This document shows positions 13,508 through 24,807 of a stretch of 64,000 nucleotides of DNA, in pieces. The stretch is from Girardia tigrina. Its lineage: Eukaryota. The position numbers and the translations under genes are program-made. The notes under the pieces are model-generated. The model worked only from the letters and a program-made list of their open reading frames with translations, searched no databases and was not told where the DNA came from. How positions within the stretch are numbered: the stretch's first letter is position 1; each line of letters starts with the position of its first letter. The stretch is taken from contig MQRK01213816.1 of NCBI GenBank assembly GCA_001938485.1, positions 1 to 64,000 of the forward strand. Reading direction: 5' to 3'.

Positions 13508-14374
13508 ATGGTGTCAGAAAAAAGAAAGGGCGACTCTGATCCGCTATCAGTTATCCCGCCTGAATACATTCCAGCGATCGAGATTCCAGGCGACGCTGTT
13601 CCGATCGCCGGTACCGATGATTTTCAGGCCAGCGACACAGAGATCGGCACAACAAAAATCGGTTGTTCGAGTCTTTTCCTAGCGTCCGGTACGTCGTCAA
13701 CGGATCACATGTGGACCTTATTTATTCGATCAATTGAACCGATTAAACTCTTCGTTCACATGCGACTAACCAGTCCGGTCATCAACATGCCGGGCGATGA
13801 TTGCCGCAATATTAAACCGAAGATCCTGAACCGACGGTTAGAAATCACAATTCCACGATCAGTCAGTCCGCCCTGTTACAATATACGCCTTCAACAGACC
13901 AATACAATCAAAATTTCGGCCGGTGGTCTTTGTATCGTCGCTTTAATTTTCAATATCCGACAAACCGCGACACACACCGATCAGAATCTTTCAGCTCCCG
14001 GCTCGTCAACCGCTTCCACCAGATATAATGATCTGCATGTCTCACTTCCTGATTCAGCAACCGCTTCGACCGGATTCACCAATTTGAATCTCTCAGTTCC
14101 AGACTTGACAAGCGCAACCGGATCGATGAATCACGAGCAGACCGCAGTTCCACACAAGACCGATCCCAGTGACATTCAGAAGATATTTTTTTATTATATT
14201 AATTTTTATTTAATTAATTTGTATAATTTTTATTTATACTATAATTATTACTATATAATTAAATCATTTGGGTTATATATCACTGTATTGTTCTCATTAA
14301 GAGATAGCGACCCCAGGGGGAAAATATTTATGCTCAATATTTACCGACACACTTACTTACCGTCAAAAAAATAA
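13508..14374 (+). CDS. ORF0 of the LTR element (288 aa, unknown function)
   Basis: Long open frame in AT-rich DNA, same frame as gag. Contains three ~16-17-aa S/T-rich repeats and a hydrophobic F/Y/I/L stretch. Confidence 0.55.
   Translation: MVSEKRKGDSDPLSVIPPEYIPAIEIPGDAVPIAGTDDFQASDTEIGTTKIGCSSLFLASGTSSTDHMWTLFIRSIEPIKLFVHMRLTSPVINMPGDDCRNIKPKILNRRLEITIPRSVSPPCYNIRLQQTNTIKISAGGLCIVALIFNIRQTATHTDQNLSAPGSSTASTRYNDLHVSLPDSATASTGFTNLNLSVPDLTSATGSMNHEQTAVPHKTDPSDIQKIFFYYINFYLINLYNFYLYYNYYYIIKSFGLYITVLFSLRDSDPRGKIFMLNIYRHTYLPSKK
13509..13519 (+). promoter_or_regulatory. Primer binding site (tRNA-Leu type)
   Basis: TGGTGTCAGAA lies 3 nt after the 5' LTR end and matches the common Gypsy tRNA-Leu PBS. 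Confidence 0.75.
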
Positions 14375-14486
14375 TGTTCTTAAGTGGTATGAGGACGACA
14401 TGAACTATAATTTCACTCATAATATCCATCATTGCGATCAAATTGATCAATCAATCGGTAAATACTCCTCCATGAAATTAAACAAG

Positions 14487-14710
14487 AACATTTTTATCAC
14501 CATAAGGGGCTTTGCAGATCTCTCTCATAAGATTTTCACGGTCAATATCAAGTCCCCAGTGGCTGATCTCATTGTCATCCTTGAGACCCTGACAGGATCC
14601 CCATTATACTTATTACATGGGTTTAAGCCCTTCGTCCGCACCTCACTTGGAGCCAGTATAACATCATTAGCGATACTGCGGTTAATTGCCAATCTACAAT
14701 ACTGGGGGGT
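14487..14710 (+). pseudogene. Ubiquitin-like domain (75 aa, C-terminal LGG) upstream of and in frame with Gag; one frameshift at ~14628
   Basis: Reconstruction NIFITIRGFADLSHKIFTVNIKSPVADLIVILETLTGSPLYLLHGFKP/LRPHLTWSQYNIISDTAVNCQSTILGG aligns to ubiquitin (GxP, L..xK.L, T.S.YNI, LxGG-like end). Confidence 0.7.
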
Positions 14711-14827
14711 AGTGATGAACCCACCGATTTTAAAAGCCAACCGGTTTCCAACACCAGCGCTCTAACGATCGCACCGCCGACTTTTTTCACCGATCAGACC
14801 AGTTCACCAAAGGTCTGACTTGAGCTA

Positions 14828-15817
14828 ATGGACTTTAGGTTCAAGAGCATGTGGATCAAGGTGCAGCACGCCCTATTTCAACATCTGCTCGGAACCATTC
14901 AGACAGATCAGCTCCAAGCCATAGTACCTCACCTTACTGAGATTTTGCAACATTCGGAGCCCTACAATCAACTTCGAAAACGCATTATGATGGCTCACGA
15001 AACGACATTGGATGTCGTCTTTGAAAATTATTTCAAGACGCAGAAAATCGATCTCACCAAGCCATCCCAGTTTCTACAACGAGTCATCAGTGATCTGGAG
15101 TTGATCCAACCAGAGATCACACAGGATAAAAACAGTGCAATTTTGAAGAAATTCTTCATTCAATCGCTTCCGCCGATGCACAAGGCCATTTTTGCAGTCA
15201 CGAGCACTACCGATTTGCAAGAATTGGCAGGAATGGCCGACAGAATCTCCGAAACAGTGTCATCAAGTTCAGATACTAGTTTCAATGTTGCCACACCAAT
15301 CGCCGATAACACCGGTCCGAGTTCGGCTACACAACAAAGCTCACAAATTGCTGCACTGATAGCCCAGGTGGCCCAAATGGCCACAATAATGACCGAGCTA
15401 ACAGCAACCGTAGAATCACTAACAAGAAAAACAAATGATGAATGGCACGGACAATCCAGTAGTTGTCCTAACAGCAGGAACAGTTCCACAACCAGTCGAC
15501 AACTACTCTGCTATTACCATCAAAAGTTCAGGACACAGGCCAGAAAGTGCCAACCTGTATGTGAATGGAAGGGCGACCGGACGACATTAGAGATGAAAAA
15601 CATGTGTACTTTTCATTCTAAGCATGCCGATCGATCCAGATCATGCGCTAATGTTTGCAAGTACCAGCCGATAAAAAAACTGAGTTCCTCTTCGGTTTTT
15701 GCAACTGACTCAGAAGATACCAACAATTTATGCGGCATTTTCACGTACGAGTCTACCATCGACAGTCATACCACTAATATCACATCATTCTTGGCAGACA
15801 CTGGATCTGCAATATGA
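14828..15817 (+). CDS. gag: Gag (CsRN1/Mag-type) running into protease
   Basis: EPYNQLRKRI, KPSQFL, FIQSLP, LAGMADRI; two CxxH...C...C knuckles (CYYHQKF..ARKC..VC; CTFHSKH..SRSC..VC); ends at FLADTGSAI*. Confidence 0.85.
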   Translation: MDFRFKSMWIKVQHALFQHLLGTIQTDQLQAIVPHLTEILQHSEPYNQLRKRIMMAHETTLDVVFENYFKTQKIDLTKPSQFLQRVISDLELIQPEITQDKNSAILKKFFIQSLPPMHKAIFAVTSTTDLQELAGMADRISETVSSSSDTSFNVATPIADNTGPSSATQQSSQIAALIAQVAQMATIMTELTATVESLTRKTNDEWHGQSSSCPNSRNSSTTSRQLLCYYHQKFRTQARKCQPVCEWKGDRTTLEMKNMCTFHSKHADRSRSCANVCKYQPIKKLSSSSVFATDSEDTNNLCGIFTYESTIDSHTTNITSFLADTGSAI

Positions 15818-16055
15818 GTATTACCGCACCGATTCAATCCTTGCAGCATTCCCACTACCAGACAACTCCCAGCCGCAAATCGATTCATTGTTCATACATG
15901 TGTAACCGTTCAATTGTCGTTTTCATTGACATAACTGGACCAGATCTTCAAGTGGACTTTCACCATTGGTGATGTCACACAACCTATACTTGGCGCAGAT
16001 TTTTTAGATCATTTGGAATCTTGGTGGACTGCAGAAACAAAAAGCTTATCCTAAA
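15788..16055 (+). pseudogene. Retropepsin-type aspartic protease (disrupted)
   Basis: FLADTGSAI*VLP...LPAAN...FKWTFTIGDVTQPILGADFL.H/GILVDC; two stops and one frameshift. Confidence 0.85.
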
Positions 16056-16556
16056 CTGCTTTTTGAAGACCCTCCTCACTGCACCAACTGCATCCCACAC
16101 ACAACCCTTGTAATCTCTGAATAATGTTTTACCAAATAATCCGTTAACATATTTCCATTTATCATAGCAAAAGAAGGAAATCGATTTCTCTCTGGTGCCC
16201 GATTCTAACATGCGGTCTAACCATTCTTCAGTGGTCCTTGACAATAAACCGAAGCAGTTTCTCGACTCAATCAAGCCATTAAACCCATCAACCCAGACTG
16301 ATAAACCAAACGAACAATCTTTCCCTAAGTCAGTCATCGATTTAAAAGGTACACAACAATCTATCAATATGAGGAAGCTAAAACCATGCATCCACAACAA
16401 GGAAATGGCAGTTGACACTCCGTCTTCATCCCTAAAGAAACGTTCAGTCTTCTTTTCTCTGTGAGTTCAATATGATGATTCTTGCATAGCTCTCACAAAG
16501 ATTTGACATGACCAAGCATCGTTCCATCATGCTCCGCATCTTTCGTTGGGGGCTGA

Positions 16557-16803
16557 TGTAGTGGTCACCTTTGTAAGAAAAATTTAGAAAATTAATTTTT
16601 ATATAAATATTTATACATATAGATTAAATATATTAAAATTACCATATAAATTATTTATAACACAAATAAAAACAATTTGTTTATTCGAATTACATTTTTG
16701 TGAAAATTTGAATTTTAAATAAATTTTCTACTTTTCTCAATTTTCAATAGTTCTATGAAATTAAACTCCGGAAATATTCGTTGAGTATTTTTTGAACTCT
16801 ATA
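16557..16803 (+). repeat. 3' LTR of the Ubl-gag element
   Basis: Begins TGT after GTTGGGGGCTGA; its last 97 bp match the 5' copy. Confidence 0.85.
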
Positions 16804-19032
16804 GATGTTGTTAATATTGATGTTGTATTATTGGTTTATTAAGAAGTTTTTTTACTTTTTTATAATGCGATCAAATAAATAAATCATTAATAAATAACTT
16901 TATTTTTTTAAATATTTTTTATTCGAAAGTATATAATTTAAAAGTAACTAAAAAGGTTTAAACGACAGGAAGCTTGAGTTGTCAAATGACACATGGTTCT
17001 TGATTGAAGTAGATAACTTTGATTATATATATCTTATATTTGTATATGATCGGAAAGCTGTTTGCGGCGCAAACTTCATCTAAATTCTGGTACATAAAAT
17101 AAAATTTATTTGAATACAAATTGTTACTTTTTGTTATTTCTGAATATTAAAACAAGGTTCTTTTTTATGAGTTTTAATTTTACATTTTTCTAAATTTAAC
17201 CATATTATAAATATGAATATAATAAATATTTATAATTTTATTAAGCGTGTTTTTAATGCGTATTTATTGTGTTTTGATATGAACGACTTTAAAACATATT
17301 GAAATTAAAATATCTATATTAAAATATAGCTACTATTCCTAACAGTATATTTAAAATGGTGTATGAGTCATTATACCTATTAAAAGATAAATAAAATGAC
17401 AATTATATTTTTTAAAAATAATTATGAACGAATTAGCTATTGAGTAACAAGCCAAAATAACAAAACTTGATCAGTATTAAAAACATTATTAGTGACATTA
17501 ATATATTTATTAATAACACAAACAGCAATGTTATCAAAACAATTTCAGAAGTACTTTTATGATTCATCATCACTCTTGATTTTCAATATTCATTTTCTAA
17601 TTAATAAACTTAAGCCGGATGAAAAATTGTTTTAAAAACAAAACTCATCTATTTCAAAAATATCTCTAGACAATATATTTCGACAGATCAACGGGTGAAT
17701 TTACTTGTTATATAAACAAATGTCTAAGTAGAAACTTGAACAATAAGCCAAGACACAATACTACAGACGATACTAGTAAAAAGTTCAGAAACCTTGATTT
17801 AGATGACCCACATTAGTTTTAAGAAAAGCAAAGCCATATTTTTAAAGAAAATTTAAAACATGAAAAATATTTGATGAGAAGTCAAAAACTACCTGTTGGC
17901 CAGCGATGTTATCAGTATTGCTCTTGATGAGATTATTGACCAGAATAATAAATAAACAATGAGGGATACACTATTTAGGGATAAATAATCTGATAAGAAA
18001 ATATTTTTTCTAGAATTTCGAAAAAATAATGTTTTAATATAGTATAGTTATATGGGTACCAAACGCGATTTTTAAAATTAGCTCTTTGATTCAAATCTAG
18101 ATGTAACATATGTAAAATAAATTTTTGTGAAACAAAAGTAACTACTGAATGACATTTTCAAAGCTCCACACATTAACTCACACATTATATGTAATTCAAT
18201 TTATCAGTTTTAATTTCGCACATTTCAATGCTTGTTCACATACGTAAGTGCATTTAAAAACTGAAATCCATTTTCAAAGCCTGATTTATAGGATTGGGAA
18301 AGTCTTCTGAGGACACTCGAACATGAAATCCTGTAAAGGTTGGTTCACAAGCTGGTCATAAAGCGAAGTCTGATACTGCAGTTTAATAAACTCTAGCTCT
18401 AGTGTGACTGCCACGGTTGATGAATCTACAAAAATAGATTTTCGAAACATCAAATGTCTTTGTGAAAGTTGTGAAAATCAGAAAAATGATAGTCTATATT
18501 TTCTTCTTAGTGGATCTATTTTATAAACTAGTTTTTTCTTTAGAGAAGAATCATTATTTAATTTTTCTTGTAATTTTTCACATATAGAAAAGGTCTGAAA
18601 TTGCTTCCTTTACTTTTCTGGATAAATAAGTGTAGTTTCGTTTTAATAACTTTAAAATCTTATTATACATCCTAGATCATTTTTTAACCCAAAACTTCAA
18701 ATTTAATTCATTAAAGTAACGGATAATGTCACACAAAATATCCAATCCAATAAAAATAATAATCCCTTAAAGTTAAATATTTCTTTTGATTTATCTTTCA
18801 GAAATATTTCAATTTCAAGTGTATGATTTAAAAAAAACATTTAAACCTTAATGACTTCACAAATGAACCTAACTGTGATATATAACGCCATTATATTCCG
18901 AACATATTTTACTCAAGCATTTTGAAATTTTAATGATGTGATTAAATAAATATTCAAAAAATTAAAAAATGATGACAACTTATTTTTAAAAACAAAAATA
19001 CGCCATTTGTTAAATATGCATTTATTTTTCAT

Positions 19033-19071
19033 GACCATTAATTTCGACGGTATAACCGTCATCGTCAGGTC
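19033..19071 (-). ncRNA. Minimal hammerhead ribozyme motif (Penelope)
   Basis: Minus strand GAC-CTGACGA-T-GACGG[ttata]CCGTC-GAAA-TTAA-TG-GTC. Cleavage-site position is G, so probably inactive. Confidence 0.7.
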
Positions 19072-19223
19072 TCAAGAAAAAAATGAATTTTAAATCTGCT
19101 TATTAATGTACAAACGGGTCTCTCGAAAACCCTATTGAGCGTGTTTAGATGACATAATAATCCATTGATGACATAATCACTGCTTGCCTATATAAGCAGA
19201 TTTAAAATTCATTTCTTTCATGA

Positions 19224-19262
19224 GACATGACGATGACGGTTATATCGTCGAAATTAATTGTC
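19224..19262 (+). ncRNA. Hammerhead motif copy with mutated core
   Basis: GAC-ATGACGA-T-GACG[gttatat]CGTC-GAAA-TTAA-TT-GTC (C3 changed to A). Confidence 0.6.
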
Positions 19263-22099
19263 AAGAAAAATAAATGTGATTAAATAAAGTTCACAGTTTT
19301 CGTCACACATTTAAGAATGTGATCTTAATCATAAGATCTTGCCATACTATGGTTCCTGTTTAGTATTTAATTGTTTCACAATAGCCAAGAATCATTACAA
19401 TAAAGAATCTTTCGATGAATTTTACCTTCCAGTCCATTTTACCTTCTCACTGTACTTTTTATACCATCCGTTGTTACACTTACTAATTTATTCCATGAAA
19501 TACCGCATATTTTCAATTACCATGGACAATTTTAAAACTCAAAAGGACATACGAGAAAGAATGACAGTGTTCGAGAATCAAAAAGTAATCGTTCATTACT
19601 CTAAGTTTAATTTAGTTTGTGACTTTGTAAAAAAATGTCAATTAAAACAAAGAAATATGTTGAAATGATTTTTGATAAATAGAAAACAAATTAATGCGTG
19701 TTTTATTATGTGATTTAATATGTAATGTTATTTTATGCGATTAATTAAATTGGTTATTATTATTATATGAAAGAAATGAAATTATTTTGTTTAAAATGTT
19801 TAGTTTTAAAAATGAGCGGATAACAAGTGTGGTTTTTAAAAAGATAGATAAAACGTTTTGTTGGGATATTGATTTTTTATTCGGAGAATTTTGATATTGG
19901 TTGAATCTTTTGATTTTTACACAGATGAAAATTTCCGATAGAAGAGATAATTGAGCGATGAATTTTGTGGATCACATTGAAGTTCGAAGAGAGAAATCGA
20001 GATGTATATCGAATAATTTCCTAATCAAAGATGGTGATTGAAAGACTCGGTATTCGGATAATGAAATGTCGAAGATTGAATTTCACTTTGCTGTTCTATG
20101 TAGATTCGATTTGAATTTTGAATGTTTAGTGTTTTATTTATGCGACAGAGCAGTAATTAATGATAATAATTTTCCGGAGGAGACGAGGCAGAGAATCACC
20201 GTGGCTAGGGGCGAAAACCATGCAGCTGCAGCCGCTCCTCTAACATACATTTTTAATAAAATTTTTCAATTCTGGACACATTTCCACAACAGACAATAAA
20301 TCTTTCTATCAGAAACTAACTTTGCTGCTTTTCTTACAAAACACTGATGAAATTATCTTATACAAATTTACTTTAATAAAGTACTTTATTGTATGGTATG
20401 TGAATTTAAGTAAAGTGTTCAATATTATATCGAAAAAAAAATCCGTTAATCACATTTTTGCACCTCTTCATAACTATATTCCGTATACGGTGCTAGCAAA
20501 TAATCGAAACGTCATTTCCATTTGTGTGATGTAGAAAGTTGCCCGGTTGTGACCCACAAGTTGTTGATTGGGCATCCATTTCTTAAATCATTACTTTATC
20601 AAATATAACTTAATAAATTTTATTTTTTTGACAAATATTATAACAAAAAAACTGTATTTTAATTAAAATTTATTTTCATTCAATTATTTTTTAAAAAATT
20701 TTAATTCAACAATGTAATGCTTGATTAATAATAATCAATTTTCACTGAAAATTAATAAATAATTTACAAGAGAAAAAATATTGATTATATATTATCACAC
20801 ATAAAATATTCATTATAAATATCAAATATCAACCATATTATTTGATGATTTATTATAACAAATAGGCAAATGAGTTGGATATTAAATTTTGATAAAATTA
20901 AATTAAATTTTTTGGACACTATGATAAAAAATATTTCTAATTTTTTTTTCGTTTGCTCCGTTTTTTTGAATATATAAATATGTAGTTTGCAAATTATATT
21001 TTTTTTAAATATTAGAACAAATTTATCTTAACAAAAAGCAAATAAAAAAAGAGAAAAATAATTTAATAATTTTGTTTTATCAAAACAACCGCTTGTTTAT
21101 TTGAATTAGTTTTAAAATAAATTTTTAATACGAAAAAAAATCTGACAATTAAAAGAAATAAATAATTGTTTAACAAAGTTATTTTAACAAAATAAAAAAA
21201 TTATTTTTTCTTAATTTACAATATTCAAGAAATTATTAACACTTAAAAGTAAAATACTGTCGGTTAATTAAAACAATCAGAACAGTTTTTTATAACTGTT
21301 TTATTATATATCGGTTATTTATATAATTAATTTTTGTTTCAAAAAAAATATTAATATATATCTGAGGATTATTTTAAATTGTGTACGGATGTGGTGGGTT
21401 TATTTGAGTGTGCTGATGTTTTAATTGTGTTAGGATTCAAAATGTTATTATTATTATGTTAATAATATTATCATTATATTTAAATTCCTTGTCTCTCTCT
21501 CTCGAAAATAATAGCTATGACAAACACTTGAGTGACAATCTGTGATAATTTTAAACGAAACGAATTCGATTTTCGAAAATGGTCAATGGAATTATTTGTT
21601 GTCAGAATTGAATCGGACGATATTTTGAAATTGAATCTGAAATTTGGTGAATAACAGTTTTTATTTATTCGTTTTTAAAAATAAAAATTGAATATAATTC
21701 ATTTAAAATGGGCCCGCACACCGAAACCGAGCTCCTCAGTTTATTTTTCCTGCGCTCCTGTGCTACCAGCGACCAGTCTTCAGCGCAACCTGTAGATCGA
21801 CCGTAACACCTACCCAATTGGAAATTTGTTGATTTATTGTATTTTCGATAACTGATCATTCGATCCGAATTTACATTTTTTAAATTAATGGAAATTTAAT
21901 AATCTGATATATTTTAAATTTAAAAAATAATAATATAAGGTAATTTCTAATAAAAGTAATATTTTTCAAAAATTAAAATAAACATCTTTAATGTTTTAAT
22001 TAAAGACATTTTAGAGGTTTGAATTATTTTAAAGTTAGTTTAATTATTTTTTTAATTTGATGAAATATTTTAAAGTTAATATAGTAATAAATTAAAAAC

Positions 22100-22970
22100 A
22101 ATGCTCATCCATTTAAATATATATTTATAGACAATATATTTCGACGGATCAATCGTCATCTTCAGGTCACTGATTAATAATCAATTCACCTGTATATAAA
22201 TACAAAAATGATGATTATGTAATCGATTGCATGAAGTCATGCTAATCAAAAATTCTCAATAAGATGGTTGAGACTGCCGATTGAACATTGATTTTAGGGC
22301 AACATGACCTAATTAATAATGCTTCACAGGACACTCTTTCCCAATAACTATCAAATTGCTTACACAGAATTTTCCAAAGAAATCAGTATTAACATCACCT
22401 TTGCATTTTTTCCTATGTTCTGCAATATTACTCTTACTCTCTTTTCGACCATGTTCTTGTAGTCGTTTACAGAGATGACGGGCAGTCTCTCCAATGTATG
22501 TGGCATGGCACCCATTACATTTATATTCATAAACAATATCAATTGAACTTGTTAAAGGTGTAAAAGATTTACTGAAAAGATTACTGTAAAGATTACTGAA
22601 CATATTTTTAATTTTATGAGATCGTGCTATAATTTTTAAATTTAATTCATGGTTAGTTGCTTTTAACAATGCATTTTTCTAGTTTTTAAATCCTTCAGAA
22701 TAAGGTACAATGAAGCAATATTTAGGCACATTATTAATATCTAATTATACTTCGATTTCTTTCTTAGATCCGTCAGGAAAAGTTAAACTCTGATTTTTCG
22801 AAAAATCTTTCAAAAGTATTTTATCTACTGTTTCCTTTATTAATTTTTCAAGAAAGATTTAGAATTTGTTAAATATGAAAAAGTATTAATAAAAAACGTT
22901 CTTTGTTAAATCAGAATGGTTATTCTAAATCTTTTCTGGAAAAAAAATTAATAAAGGAAACAGTAGATAC
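22100..22970 (-). mobile_element. Penelope-like element 3' part (RT C-terminus, GIY-YIG, pLTR) with 5' inversion
   Basis: IVYEYKCNGCHATYIGETARHL..R.QEH; upstream IVPYSEG; inverted segment encoding LNQNGYSKSFL. Confidence 0.85.
22130..22168 (-). ncRNA. Minimal hammerhead ribozyme motif (Penelope pLTR)
   Basis: Minus strand GAC-CTGAAGA-T-GACG[attgatc]CGTC-GAAA-TATA-TT-GTC: intact core and stems I, II and III. Confidence 0.75.
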
Positions 22971-24807
22971 AGTAGTAATGAAAGAACTTCCGAGAGTTAT
23001 GATGACTCTAAATGTGATATCAATAAATTTTTGCATAGTTAATTGTGTCGGTGCTCTTAACATATTTAATAAATTTGTTTTTCAAAAAAAAATTTATATT
23101 ATTTCTCTTTCAGCAAAAAACCTTTTCATGATAAAATAATTAAAAAAGTGCTTTTGTTCATCAAAATATTTATTTATTTATAATATTTATATGGAAATTC
23201 AACATGATATTTAATTAATATTTAATTAAATCGACTCAATATCGGGTTTTATTTTATAAAAAAATTAACTAAAATATCTTTCAAGCATAACAAAACAAAT
23301 ATGAGAAACAAAATATATTTCGCCCCGGCGCAGTTTGAATTATTTGTTACTTTTGTTTTTAACTGAAACTAGAAATTTGAAACAAAAAAATTGAAACAGA
23401 TCTTTGATATTCATTAAAAATATATATATTTGTTTAAATATATAAAATAATGGTTGGGAAAAGACAATTTATTATTTATTTATATTTCGTTACAATCAGG
23501 TTTAATGCATTAAAAAGATAATTAAATATCTTGTCGAACAGGGTACGTGAGGGGGTTAATTTTTTCTATCCATAAAAGTAAAATTTTCGTACAAAAAGTG
23601 AATCGTCTGAATTGATAAAAGATTCAAAATAATCAATACTATTCTTCTTTTGTATAAAAAATCAAACAACATCCTATTTTTTTAATTATCAAGGGTATAA
23701 TTGCGAATACGTATACCAAAATTGTAAAAGATATAATAAATTTGTATGTAAAGAATATATATATATATATTTGTATTATTATATATGGCGTCTAAAGGAA
23801 TGGGAATAATTATGTGGTTTTCTCATAATGAAAATGTCGCCAATCTTTTATCAATTCAAAGGAAAAATTGTTTCTCAGTAATTATTATTAACGAAAGTAT
23901 ATACAAACCGCTGGAAACACATGTCCTGTAAATATTAACCAAAAATAATTAGTAAAAAAGTAAACTACATTATTTTTTTCGGGAAAAATAATTTCTTTTT
24001 AGACTTATTTTTATTTGTATTATATGCAGTCGTAGGTTGTATTTGTATTACAATGATAGGTAATGGTAAAAAAATAATTTTTTTCTGAAGAATAAAAATT
24101 ATATTTGATGTCAAATAAGAAAAAAAACAAAAAATATTTATTTGCATTCATGTAGCAAAATTAATATGATCTTTTGCAAAATCAAATTTAATTCTAAAAT
24201 ATAATGTTGCTGGGTACGAACTGCCTTGCCTAAGGATAAACATTTTTCTGAAAATTTCATATTTTTTATCATTTGTTATTTAAATTATTTACTGCATTGA
24301 TGTAAGCGCTCAGCATTTTTGCATAAACGTTCAGTATTTTTTCACCCAATTCTCAGTATTTTATTTTAAACGCTCTAAAAAATAAACGAATCATATGTAT
24401 AATAATCATCCTCTCAGTAAATTAATATATTCGCAGTATAATAATTGGTCACTTAGTAAATAAAAAATATGCTATGTTTAATAATAAATATCTCAGTAAA
24501 ATAAAATAAAACTAAATAAAAAAATTAACATCTAAGTAAAAAAATCATACGTATGGGTATATTAAAAAAAATTCTATGTTATTTTTAATAAAAGGATCAG
24601 CAAAGCGGAAATTAGTAATGTCAAAAAACAGATTTCATCTTTGTTCTACCATAAAAAACAATTAATTAATTTACAATGTCATTTAAATCAATTACTAAAA
24701 TATTTATTATTATTATAAAAAAGTATTATATTTCATTTTCATATTATTTTCATCTATTTCATTTTCTATTCTTATCTGTATTTTAGAAATAAAATCAATC
24801 ATTAAAA

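Larger units (their letters stand above)
13397..16803 (+). mobile_element. Non-autonomous Gypsy LTR retroelement (ORF0-Ubl-Gag-PR; RT, RNase H and IN core absent)
   Basis: 97-bp direct repeat 13409-13505 / 16707-16803 with 1 mismatch; PBS at 13509; PPT-like G-rich tract before TGT at 16557; candidate 5-bp TSD AATGT/GATGT; gag and protease motifs inside. Confidence 0.85.
18951..19273 (+). mobile_element. 5'-truncated Penelope insertion with inverted pLTR pair and 15-bp TSD
   Basis: ATGTGATTAAATAAA at 18936-18950 and 19274-19288; ~85-bp inverted arms 19019-19103 / 19192-19276; spacer encodes NVQTGLSKTLLSVF, similar to the GIY-YIG C-terminus at ~22250. Confidence 0.8.
18140..19430 (-). mobile_element. 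Highly degraded hAT (Charlie/SPIN, GTF2IRD2-like) transposase, interrupted by a Penelope insertion
   Basis: VTKTVNFI*SH, DILCDII.YFNELNLK, LELEFIKLQ, SVFKCTYV (cf. FGSTYLCE). Confidence 0.6.

Noticed and set aside
14619-14625. GGGTTTA slippery heptamer at the Ubl frameshift
   Set aside because: Its phase would shift between the wrong pair of frames; a 1-nt deletion explains the break better.
15160-15489. Antisense ORFs over gag, pol and transposase genes
   Set aside because: Shadow ORFs of real coding strands with no independent signal.
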